Shown here: in pieces, positions 1 through 9,737 of the stretch
Layout: each line of letters starts with the position of its first letter
Position numbering within the stretch: the stretch's first letter is position 1
From: Schizochytrium sp. TIO01
Taxonomy: Eukaryota > Protista > Bigyra: Labyrinthulomycetes
DNA: 64,000 bases
Reading direction: 5' to 3'
NCBI GenBank assembly: GCA_004764695.1
Contig: SMSO01000014.1
Span: forward strand, 1,483,648-1,547,647
The notes under the pieces: generated by a model
The model's database searches: none
Told to the model about the DNA's origin: nothing
What the model saw: the letters and a program-made list of their open reading frames with translations, nothing else
Made by a program: the position numbers and the translations under genes

Positions 1-172
1 GTATAATTTGGGTTTTGTAGCCAGAGTAACATGAGAGGGAGTACCAGTTTTTATAGTAGGTTCGTTTGGGTTGTAAAGGTTTTACGAGGTCATGGGTAGA
101 TATCACATACAAAAAACATGCGAAAATAGACGCGTGTCTTTTGTCAACCTCATCTGGATATAATTGCTATAT

Positions 173-3085
173 TTAGATGCGGTCAAGAGTGTCAAGACCA
201 AGCAAGTTCATTGCCGTGCGGAGAGACACGCGAACAGCACGGATGAGGATGAGCCAGTTAACACCATGCTCATCAGCGAGCTTCTTTTCGCTCTTAATGA
301 TAAGCTGGTGAGTGTTGTAGAACTTGCTGAAGGCACGACTGACATCGTAGACGTACTTGCAGAGGTGGTGCGGCTGAAGCTTGTTGACAGCCTCATCGAA
401 GCGGTCGCCGAAGCGAAGGATGGCAAGAGCAAGATCCCATTCCTGAGGGCGCATGCGCTCGATGTTGAGGCTACCAAGACCGCCCTGGATGATCTCCTCA
501 GCCTCAGTGCCAACAACCTCCTTCACAGCACGCTCAATGCTGCAAATACGGGCGTGCATGTACATGAGGTAGACAGCAGTGTCACCATCGCTCTGAAGCA
601 TGTGATCATAGTTGAAGACATAGTCCTTGATGCGAGCGTTCTTCAAGTCAAAGTATTTGACAGCGGAGTAACCCAACTTGGAGGATGCCTCAGGAACCTC
701 CTCAGGAGTTAGCAAGCACTTGTTCTCCTTGATACGCTCGTTCAAGTCGTTCGCCATACGGTCGCGGGCCTCGTCAAGGAGATCCACGAGACGAACGGTG
801 CCACCCTCACGAGTACGGAAGCGCTGGCGGTCAGCACCCTGCACAACACCAAAGGCGACGTGGTCAAGGCGGACACCATCAACCCAGCCAGCACGCTGAG
901 CAGCCTCAAAGCAAGCAAAGAAGTGACGCTGCTGGCCGGCATCAGTGACGTAGGCAATCCAGTCAAGGTTAAGCTCTTTGGTACGGTAGCGGATGGCAGC
1001 CATATCGGTAGTATCATAGCCGTAACCACCGTCACGCTTCACAATAAAGAGAGGCACAGAGTTGGCCTCAGTGCGAATGACCTTAGCGCCATCATCATCC
1101 TCGAGAAGCTTGCAAGCATCAAGTTCCTTGACAGTGTCAGGGATGCGGGAGTTATAAAACGACTCACCACACACACCATCAGGGAAGGAAACGTTCAAAC
1201 GATCGTAGATCTGAGAGAACATGCTCTCACTGATGTTCAAGAACAGCTTCCAGCCAGCCATAGCCTGCGGGTCGCCACTCTGGAGCTTGACGACCTCGAG
1301 ACGGGCCTCCTCCTTGAACTCCTCAGACGCATCAAAGGCCTTTTTGGCAGACTTGTAAAATGCCTGTGATATTATTATTGGTACATGGTAAACACATGAC
1401 GAAAGGTTTAAGTTAGCTTTAACTGAAATGAATCCCATATTACACATCCCCTGACTCGTCCTAGCTTTACTCTACCCCCACCTAATCTATTTATAATCTC
1501 TCCATCATCGATTTAACACCCTTCACCTTTCACTTCAGAGACTAGTTCGAATGTCCGCAACCGAAAGACCATCCCACCTACGGCTAAAAAAAGGCAGGGC
1601 GGTGAGTTATGGTGCGAACTTGCACTCTAGCACCTCTTGCGCAGCTACAGCTCATTCACCAAAGGTGTTGCTGCAGCCAACAGAACGAATTCTGCGCGCG
1701 CAAAATGCATATATGCTTTGACATTGACACCTGTCGAATTGTCAAAGAAATTTAAATACCCACCCTCTCTAAATATATACACGAGAACAAAAAGAATTGG
1801 CACTAATTCACCTCGGGTTTTTGTTGATTAAAAAACAACCAGCAAATCACCAATTCAACACTAAAGCAATAGAACTAGAAAGTCCTTTATTGCGAGCAGA
1901 TAAGAAACTTACATCAAGATCAGAAATTGTGGGAGCGCTTTCCAAGTAGTTGGGGTAGTTGTGGCGCATGTAGGTAAGGAGCATACCGAACTGGGTGCCC
2001 CAATCACCAACGTGGTTGATGCGCTTGACATCATGACCCTGGAAGGTGAGCATACGGCAAAGAACCTCACCAATGACTGTAGAGCGCAAGTGGCCAACAT
2101 GCATCTCCTTGGCAACGTTTGGTGATGAAAAGTCGACACCAACCTTCAAAGTGCGCAGAGCGCGGGGCGGGAGAAGCTTATCGTTGTCGACAATACGACG
2201 AATGCGCTCAGCAACAAGGTTCTCGTTCAAGTACAAGTTAATGAAGCCAGGTCCAGACACCTCAGCACGGCTGATGATATCAGGGTATACACGAGGCTCG
2301 TTCTGAATATGCTTCACGAGAGTTGCCGCAGCATCCGCAGGCTTCTTCCACTCCGGGCGAGGAGCACGCTTGAAGATACCCATGGCGCTGTTAAGCTGAA
2401 AGTCAGGGTACGGAGCAGCTCCGTTGCGAGATCCCTCGCCGACGCTAGACTCCATGTCTGGCACCTCCTTGCCAACAGCAAGGTCGCAGGCCTCCTTGAC
2501 AACCTTCCACAGATCACTCTGTGGGTCAGAAGCATTGTCAAGGTAAGAAAAGAGAGCCACCTGCATCTCAGCATCAGTTTTGCTGAGGCAGGACTCGAAT
2601 TCAGGGTGTTTGGCAGTGATCTTCTCGAGCCAGGCAGAGGCGTTAGGGCCAAGGGCAATGCCTTGGTCCTTGGCCAGACGCAGAGAGCATCCAAGGCAGA
2701 TGTCTGCGAAGGAGATGGTCTCAGAGGCAAGGTAGAGACCAGAAACCTTGCCGAGCTTGGCCTCGAGACTAGCATCGAGAGCCTCACCGGAGATGATGTT
2801 CTTGGTGATTACGTTCTCGTCGAATTCGGCAAGATCAGCAGCGAGAAGGCTGTCGCTGGGCTTCTTACCGGCAGCGAGAAGGTATCTGCAGATGGCATGC
2901 TCGCCGAAGAGGTTGTTGTTCTTCTCAATAGCAAGCATCGGGAGACGCTTCGGCAGAGCAACGGAGACGCGAGCAGCGTTTACAATCTCGACGGACTTGC
3001 CTGAGAGCGCAGCAGCAACCTTGCACTTGTAGACAGCAAGGCGGCTGGCCAGGCCCTGCACGGCAGCGAGTTTTAAGGCAGACAT
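173..3085 (-). CDS. RARS1: Arginyl-tRNA synthetase (cytosolic type) with N-terminal GST-like domain; 2 exons: 3085-1913 and 1363-173
   Basis: ArgRS motifs VDFSSPNVAKEMHVGHLRST (HIGH), NHVGDWGTQFG, YDTTDMAAI, RFRTREG (KMSKS equivalent), GDTAVYLMYMHARICSI. Phase-0 intron 1912-1364 (GTAAGT...GCTAAC...CAG) joins ...PTISDLD to AFYKSAKKAFD in frame. Confidence 0.96.
1364..1912 (-). other. Spliceosomal intron (549 nt) in the ArgRS gene
   Basis: On the minus strand: donor GTAAGT at 1912, branch GCTAAC near 1412-1417, acceptor CAG at 1366-1364; removal restores the reading frame. Confidence 0.9.
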
Positions 3086-4365
3086 AGTTGATGACGTTGA
3101 GTTTGATATCTTTGGGCTGATGAGATAAACCAACCGACTTGTATCAGGTCAAACCTTCAAGAGGGACCTGATGGAACGGACCGACGTATGCGAGACCTAG
3201 CTCGCTAGCTCACAGGCGCGTAGCACACAGGCGCTCGGCAGCCAGCTCACGGCCGACTCACCTTCGCGACCTCGATCGAGTTTTGATGGCAACTGAGAAC
3301 GAGTCATCTTCAATTTATCAATCTCTCCCAGCTCTACAATATGCTTAAGTAGTCCTACACAAATCCAAACTCTCAGTTTCTCTGTTTCTTTTTTCTTTTC
3401 TCCAACCAAAAGAACGCAGAGAACGCAGAGAACGCAATCTTTGGGCACCAATCATTCACTCATCCGGACGTTAGGACATCCTAACCATAGTCCAATAGTG
3501 TATTTTATTCTGCCCGTGTATTTTACTCATGAACTATGGTGGAACACTAGTATCACATTAGACAGAATTTTGGACGTAGGGTCACATATATATGTAAACT
3601 CTAGGAATGTGGAGATTGCTGATGCAGATGACTGCATACCTACCTACCTAAGAATTTAATATTGTTTGGCTGGCTGCGGGAGAAGACGTTCGTTTCCTCC
3701 ATGACTCTTATGCTCTATTGTAGATAGGCTGTAACACTTCAACTATCTTAATTTTTTTAGAGACTCCAATTAGAAATCTTGGATTTTGTTGCCAGTGACT
3801 TCGTCTTTCGCAAATTGAGATTAATTAATGGTGAGAATTCTAAACGGTCTATACGATCGGTCGTATTGCTACAATTATTTAAGTCTCTTTATGTGAAGGA
3901 TGGGAATCCCTGTCAACGGTAACATTCGAGATGGCGCTAAAACGGAGACATTGATAATGGTTTAAATGTAGGTAATTGGGCAGTCAATGAGTGCGCATGG
4001 ACGGAAATGAATATGGGGAGTGAATAGAGTTGAAGTATAAAAAGAAGAAATTCATATTTGGTCACTATATTAGTTGATGTGCTTGGTGCACGAAGGAAGG
4101 AAAAGTTGAAAAGACCTGGGAGAGGCCGCTGCGAAGGTGGAGCTGGAGTAGGCGCTTGTCAGATCTGCCCAATTCTGTCTCCTCACGGCAAGCTCATAGA
4201 CTGTCTTCGATATTTGATCTTCTATACAAACAAGAAACCACGAAGAGGACATTCCGTCCTGCAAAAACCAGGAACCGAGAGGGACTAACCAGTCCAACAA
4301 GCGAGGTTTATACCAGAAGGAGCTTCCACGGAAATAGCAAAAAGGTGATTTGATTGACTAAGGAA

Positions 4366-6387
4366 ATGTATAGCGTTGAGCTCGAGCACGCGGTAGGCTA
4401 CTCGTGCACAGAGCAGCCAAGCCTGCACATCCATCCAAGGACGCGCGAGTTCATTTATGTGGCTGGCAGCTCGATTATTTCGCGCGACTTCGATGATCCT
4501 CACCAGCAAAAGTTTTTGCGAGGTCATGATGCTGCTATTAATTGTCTTGCTCTATCCCAGCGTGGGAGCTTCCTTGCGTCTGGTGATGTAAGCTTGTCGT
4601 CTGATATTGTCGTTTGGGACTTTGCTGGACAACAAGAGATCTGGAGATTTTCTGAACACGATGGAGGTGTACGAATTCTAAGTTTTTCCCATGATGAACG
4701 CCTTTTGTTGTCGATTGGAACCGAAGACCACCGGTTGGCTGTTTGGGACTTGAAAACTGGTATGCTTGTAGCTAGCACAGACCTCCCAAAGAGTATTGGC
4801 CATGTAGACTGTGCAAGCTGGGGTGGATTTGCAAAAGATGTTAAGCGGAGAGATACTGAGAGCTACCAGTTTGCCACTGGAGGTGACGTCCTTACCATGT
4901 GGTCTTTGAACCCCTACACCGGTGAAATTGCATTGCAAGTGTCAGACTCTCGACGCAATATCCGCCAACACCTTTGTCTTACATTTGTGCATGTTCCTGA
5001 CAGTTGTGGGCGTGAAGGTTACGAAGATGAGTGGCTCCTTGCGGGAACAGCAAGTGGTGACTTCATGGCTTACTTGGTTAAGCCCAACAAGACTAACAAA
5101 TTTGCAGCTGGAACTGCAACTTTCGCTGTAGCTACACCTGCGTGTGGCGGTGGCGTTGTTTCAATTGTGCCAGATCTGATGGATGAGACAAACATTGTTG
5201 TCGGTGGCGGGGATGGTACTCTCGTGAGATTTGTTTATCAAGTCTCAAATTCAACTTGGATTGACGAAGAAGGCACAACGCTGCGGGGTGCTGTTTACGG
5301 AGTTGCATTCGGGCCTGACGGGCAAGACATTCTGGCTGGGTCAACTAGTGGCGATATTGTACGTGCTAGACGTGGTGCATTTCCCAAGGCTATGAGAGTA
5401 TGCTGGAATCATTGCAGTGCAATCACAGCATTGTCATTTGCGCCATCTTCGAACGAGACATTCGCTACTGCTTCTATTGATGGTTCAATTCGCGTATGGT
5501 CGACTGAAGATTATTCAGTTTCTATGGAAACGACTAAGGCTGGAACTCAACACAAGCAACAGCTCAAGCAAATCCAGCAGCAGCAAAACCAACCCACTGC
5601 ACGTGCAGACTATGCTACTTGCCTTCATTTTACCATTGACGCTATTCTCTCTGGTTGGACCGACGGAACTGTGCGATCACATCATGCAAGTACGGGTGAA
5701 CTTCTCTGGTGCATCAAAGATGCTCATTTAGGGGGGGTCACTGCTCTTCGTTTGTCAAACAATATGCGCTATGTCATAACTGGAGGCGAGAATGGAGAAG
5801 TTCGCGTATGGGAAATGCGAATGCGACAACTTGTTTCCCATCTTAAAGAACATACACGTGCTGTGACTAAAATTGTCCTCTTTGATGACGATATTCATGC
5901 AATTTCTTGTAGCCGTGACAAGTCTTTTCTTTGTTGGGATTTACGTCAAGACAAACGTATCAGTGCTCATACACAGCGCATGGGTGGCATCAATGATATT
6001 GCTATGAACCATGATCAAACCATCGTCATCACCATGGGTCAGGAGCGTACGATTTCTTTTTGGGACCTTCGTGAATCATCCCCGATCGCATCTATTGCAA
6101 CACATCAACAAGGTATGCATGATGATGAAGCAACATGCATCGCAATATCACACAGTGGCAACTTGTTTGCGACTGGTGGTATGGATAAAGTTATCAAATT
6201 GTGGACTATGGTATCTGGTACTCCTGTTCTCCTACAGACAAAAGAAGGTCACACCGCTCAGATTTCGGATATTTCCTTTACTCAGGATGATAGGCAACTC
6301 GTGAGTGTTGGGCACGATGGCGCGATCTTCCTATGGAATGTATTTCAGGAAGACGATTATGGTCATGGTCCAGAGACCAAAAAATGA
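4366..6387 (+). CDS. CFAP52: WD40-repeat protein, cilia/flagella-associated protein 52 (WDR16)-like
   Basis: Many GH...WD repeats. N-terminal 'LELEHAVGY...HP...QKFLRGHD' and 'AHLGGVTAL...TGGENGEVRVW...HLKEH...SCSRDKSFLCWDL' resemble CFAP52. First ATG is at 4366. Confidence 0.75.
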   Translation: MYSVELEHAVGYSCTEQPSLHIHPRTREFIYVAGSSIISRDFDDPHQQKFLRGHDAAINCLALSQRGSFLASGDVSLSSDIVVWDFAGQQEIWRFSEHDGGVRILSFSHDERLLLSIGTEDHRLAVWDLKTGMLVASTDLPKSIGHVDCASWGGFAKDVKRRDTESYQFATGGDVLTMWSLNPYTGEIALQVSDSRRNIRQHLCLTFVHVPDSCGREGYEDEWLLAGTASGDFMAYLVKPNKTNKFAAGTATFAVATPACGGGVVSIVPDLMDETNIVVGGGDGTLVRFVYQVSNSTWIDEEGTTLRGAVYGVAFGPDGQDILAGSTSGDIVRARRGAFPKAMRVCWNHCSAITALSFAPSSNETFATASIDGSIRVWSTEDYSVSMETTKAGTQHKQQLKQIQQQQNQPTARADYATCLHFTIDAILSGWTDGTVRSHHASTGELLWCIKDAHLGGVTALRLSNNMRYVITGGENGEVRVWEMRMRQLVSHLKEHTRAVTKIVLFDDDIHAISCSRDKSFLCWDLRQDKRISAHTQRMGGINDIAMNHDQTIVITMGQERTISFWDLRESSPIASIATHQQGMHDDEATCIAISHSGNLFATGGMDKVIKLWTMVSGTPVLLQTKEGHTAQISDISFTQDDRQLVSVGHDGAIFLWNVFQEDDYGHGPETKK

Positions 6388-7409
6388 CTTCATCCACGAT
6401 TTGCCATCTTATCATAGATACTGTTGTTGTTTGATATTCAATCCAGCTCGCTACTCGTGCGCTGCCTTTGTACACCCTATGTTCTACATAAAATACATAA
6501 TTTTCGAATATTTCACCAATGTTAAAGACGTAGATATCTACAGCACAAGAGAAATTGATAATTGAATGGTTGGCTATTTTCTCAGTGAGATTTGTATAAA
6601 TTTAACAAAAAAAATCAGGCAGGTTGCTAATTTGAGGGTAAGATGCCTCTGGCAACCAACAAAATGCAGTTCTTCTTCAATGATATCCGTGAATACTGAT
6701 ATTCTCTCGATTACTCGAATTACTGTACAGATCTACCTGTCACTGTTGAATTTTGCTTCTGCATAGTGGAATACTATCGTGTAAACTGCATAACTACTGT
6801 ACCACCCAGCACAATTCTTCCACTACAAGTCAGCTCAAAGAACCAGCTTCCATAATTTCCAGAACCCTCCGTCTAGTTCTCATTCCCCAGCATGCCAATA
6901 TTTTCACTGCTTTCGTTCCTCAGAGTTGTCACCTCTCACTTCGCCAATCCCACTTCCCTGAGTTTTATAAATTCTAGGTAAATCTCGGTTTTGCAAGGCC
7001 CTTCGTATTCACAACCCAAAATCGCTTCAAGAGGTCAGCTTCTCTATGCATGCCAAATTTCCTTTCAGCCTTTCTTCGTTTTGTTTTCTTTAGTTTAAAA
7101 GTTCTTCCTAATTTCCCGACCCTGTATACTTCACTCTTGTCATTGTCATAATGAGTTATACTCGTCTACAAGTGAGTTATCTGCGCTATAATCTACTACT
7201 ATATGTTTTTTTCCCTCCTTCTACAAGTACCGAAGAAAATACCGTTCACTATACTATAGGCATGTTACTTTAAAATGAACTTTACGTCCAGCTACTATAG
7301 AATATAAATTTCACAAGTGGACTATTTAGAGTACAGCAGAAAGAGCGAGATTCAAAAGATTGAGGGAAAGGGAAAGAAGATAAGACATCAAGACCAAATC
7401 CGATTCACC

Positions 7410-8900
7410 ATGCCGGACGCCGCCGCCGCCGCGGCCTCTGCGGCGACATCGGATGAAGGTGAACAGGCTCCGCGGCCTCCCCCAGGCTTCGGTGGCGCCG
7501 CGGCGCCGTCTGTGGCAGGGCCAGCGTGGACTGGTGGCATCGGGGGCCTTGCCGCCGCGTCTGCCGTGGAGGCTACGCAGAGGCAGCCCAACATTCCATT
7601 AGGCGCAAGACCAGGTCCAGCTCCAGCTGGACCAAACCATGTGCAGCACTCTCAACAGCAATATATGCAACAACAGCACCAATATCAGATGCACCAACAG
7701 TTCATGCACCAGCAATTCATGCATCAACAGTTCATGCACCAGCAGCAGCAATTTCAACAGCATCAGCACTATCTCCAACAACAGCAGTTTCAACAGCAAC
7801 AACAACAGAACTTGCCCCAATATCAAAAACAAGATCAAAATCAAATTCAACAGGATGATGTGCAAAAAAACCTACAAGTCGACCAGCAAGAAGCAGACCA
7901 ACAGGGGCAAGAACAGCAGCAAGGATTTCATCAAGGTGAAAGCGTGGTGGACGATGATGGTGGAGTTCTTGTCGGAGGCCGCAGCGTATTCGACGACCCG
8001 GTTGGGGCATCTTCAGGGCCTCGTGCACCGCCAGGATTTAAGGAACGCCCACTCCTTGCTTCGGATGGAACTGCAGGCTACGGTGGCGGGGAGTTCAACA
8101 CGACGGTGCTTAATCGTCACATTGCACCCAAGCCACAGCGTCACAAGTGGAACAGGCTTTGGGGATATCTGTCACCAGATTATATGTCGGCAATACAGAT
8201 GGACGAAGTTGCCACTTTCAGTGTTACGAGTATGACGGTGGCAGAAACAATCTCACAGGCCCTTCTTTCCCTGGACGGCATCTCCCCAAACAGTGTGATC
8301 ACGGATGCAACAGCTTGCGTAGGAGGAAATGCTATTTCTTTTTTGCGCTACTTTGCCTTAGTGAATGCTGTGGAATTAGATGAGACTCGTTGCCGGATGC
8401 TAAGACACAATCTAGGACTTTGCCTCGAACACGAACGCTTGAAGCAAGAAACAAAGCATAAGTTTATCAAATTTGGGGGCGAAATCGATGAGGAAGCTGA
8501 GGAACAGGCTCAAGGCCAACCTCCGTGCGAATTGCCCTCCATCTTTGGAAATTTGCAAATTTACATGGGGGATTGTTTACAAGTTTGTCCTCAACTCCGC
8601 CAAGACATTCTTTTCTTGGACCCGCCATGGGGTGGAAAGCAATATCGCAAGCGCGATAAAGTCGTCCTTTACATTTCCAAGAAGCCCTTGTCTGAGATTT
8701 GCAAGTTCTTAGGCAAATACACACGCTACTTAGCTATCAAGGTCCCCTTTAATGCGGACCTGACTGACTTGGAGCAGGATGCATCATGTCAGTTTGTAAA
8801 GGAGGTTGAATTGGAGAGAATGAAGCTCGTTGTACTTGAATTCACTAGCACTCTCTCCTCAGACCAGCTCGACTTTTTCTTTTCGCTCAAATCTGCATAA
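7410..8900 (+). CDS. RNA cap guanine-N2 methyltransferase (TGS1-like) with Gln/His-rich low-complexity N-terminus
   Basis: SAM-binding segment 'ITDATACVGGNAISF...VNAVELD', catalytic 'FLDPPWGG', upstream 'MDEVATFSVT'; ATG at 7410 in CACCATG context. Confidence 0.82.
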   Translation: MPDAAAAAASAATSDEGEQAPRPPPGFGGAAAPSVAGPAWTGGIGGLAAASAVEATQRQPNIPLGARPGPAPAGPNHVQHSQQQYMQQQHQYQMHQQFMHQQFMHQQFMHQQQQFQQHQHYLQQQQFQQQQQQNLPQYQKQDQNQIQQDDVQKNLQVDQQEADQQGQEQQQGFHQGESVVDDDGGVLVGGRSVFDDPVGASSGPRAPPGFKERPLLASDGTAGYGGGEFNTTVLNRHIAPKPQRHKWNRLWGYLSPDYMSAIQMDEVATFSVTSMTVAETISQALLSLDGISPNSVITDATACVGGNAISFLRYFALVNAVELDETRCRMLRHNLGLCLEHERLKQETKHKFIKFGGEIDEEAEEQAQGQPPCELPSIFGNLQIYMGDCLQVCPQLRQDILFLDPPWGGKQYRKRDKVVLYISKKPLSEICKFLGKYTRYLAIKVPFNADLTDLEQDASCQFVKEVELERMKLVVLEFTSTLSSDQLDFFFSLKSA

Positions 8901-9090
8901 AATTCATTTCTTTTTTTAACTTTTCAGGTTGGCTCATATTATAGACATCTCTGAACCCACCTTTCTTGCCTTTTCAGTGTCACTTATTTTTGTGTTTAAT
9001 GTTGTAAATCCTTGCTTTATTGTTAACACACGTTTTCCTCCAACATTCATGGCATTGCTTGCCAAGCAAATGCGCTATTGTCTTGTTCAA

Positions 9091-9737
9091 TCAGGGCTCT
9101 TTCTCTTCGAGCAAAAATCGCACTGTTGGGGGCAGGGACTTGGCCGGCGTATTGAGTGAAAATGCAGCACCAGAGCCACATTTGAAGCTGCCTTTTTCAA
9201 ATAATCCAGACCACGTAGCTGGTTGAGATGTTGATGCTGTGGATCTTGCCTCAAGCTGTCCATGGCCATGCATTTCACCATCCTGCCAGGCACCTTCATA
9301 CTTATTCCCGTTCGCAAAGAAAAGCACCCCCTTCCCATTGAAAGTTGCTTTTCCTAGAAACTCGCCCTCGTATGTGCTACCATCAGGGAAACAGTATTTC
9401 CCAGACCACATGCATCCTAGTTTCCATTTCCCTTCGAAGCTTTCGTTGAAATCGCTATAAGAAAGTTTACCTAAGCCATCTTGTGTCTTGATGACAACAG
9501 AATGCATTTCTGATTCTCCATCACCCCCCCTTCGTCCTTAGGTACAGGACGCTCTACAGTGATTTCAAGCCATTCGCCTTCGTAGATAGCAGTGCCTCGG
9601 GGTGTAGGGAGCTCAAAGCGACCACGGCCCCGCTTTTCAACAGGAGTCTCTACAGTTGGTTCTGCTTGCGGTGGTGTTCCTTTACCTGCAGTTGCCTTGC
9701 TAGAACTAGCAGCAGCTGGCGCCTTCTTTGCAGGCAT
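9091..9737 (-). CDS. MORN-repeat protein; one frame break at the C7 run 9524-9530
   Basis: MORN units in both ORF halves: 'GRGRFEL...YEGEW', 'GKYCFPDGSTYEGEF', 'GKGVLFFANGNKYEGAWQDGEMHGHG'. One extra G on the minus strand joins them as EGGGDGESEMHSVVIK. Confidence 0.8.

Noticed and set aside
164-3004. Long plus-strand ORFs (164-712, 860-1369, 2309-3004)
   Set aside because: Antisense shadows of the codon-biased ArgRS exons; no independent protein features.
3412-3436. (GAACGCAGA)x3 tandem repeat in the ArgRS/CFAP52 divergent promoter
   Set aside because: Too short to assign a function; typical slippage repeat.
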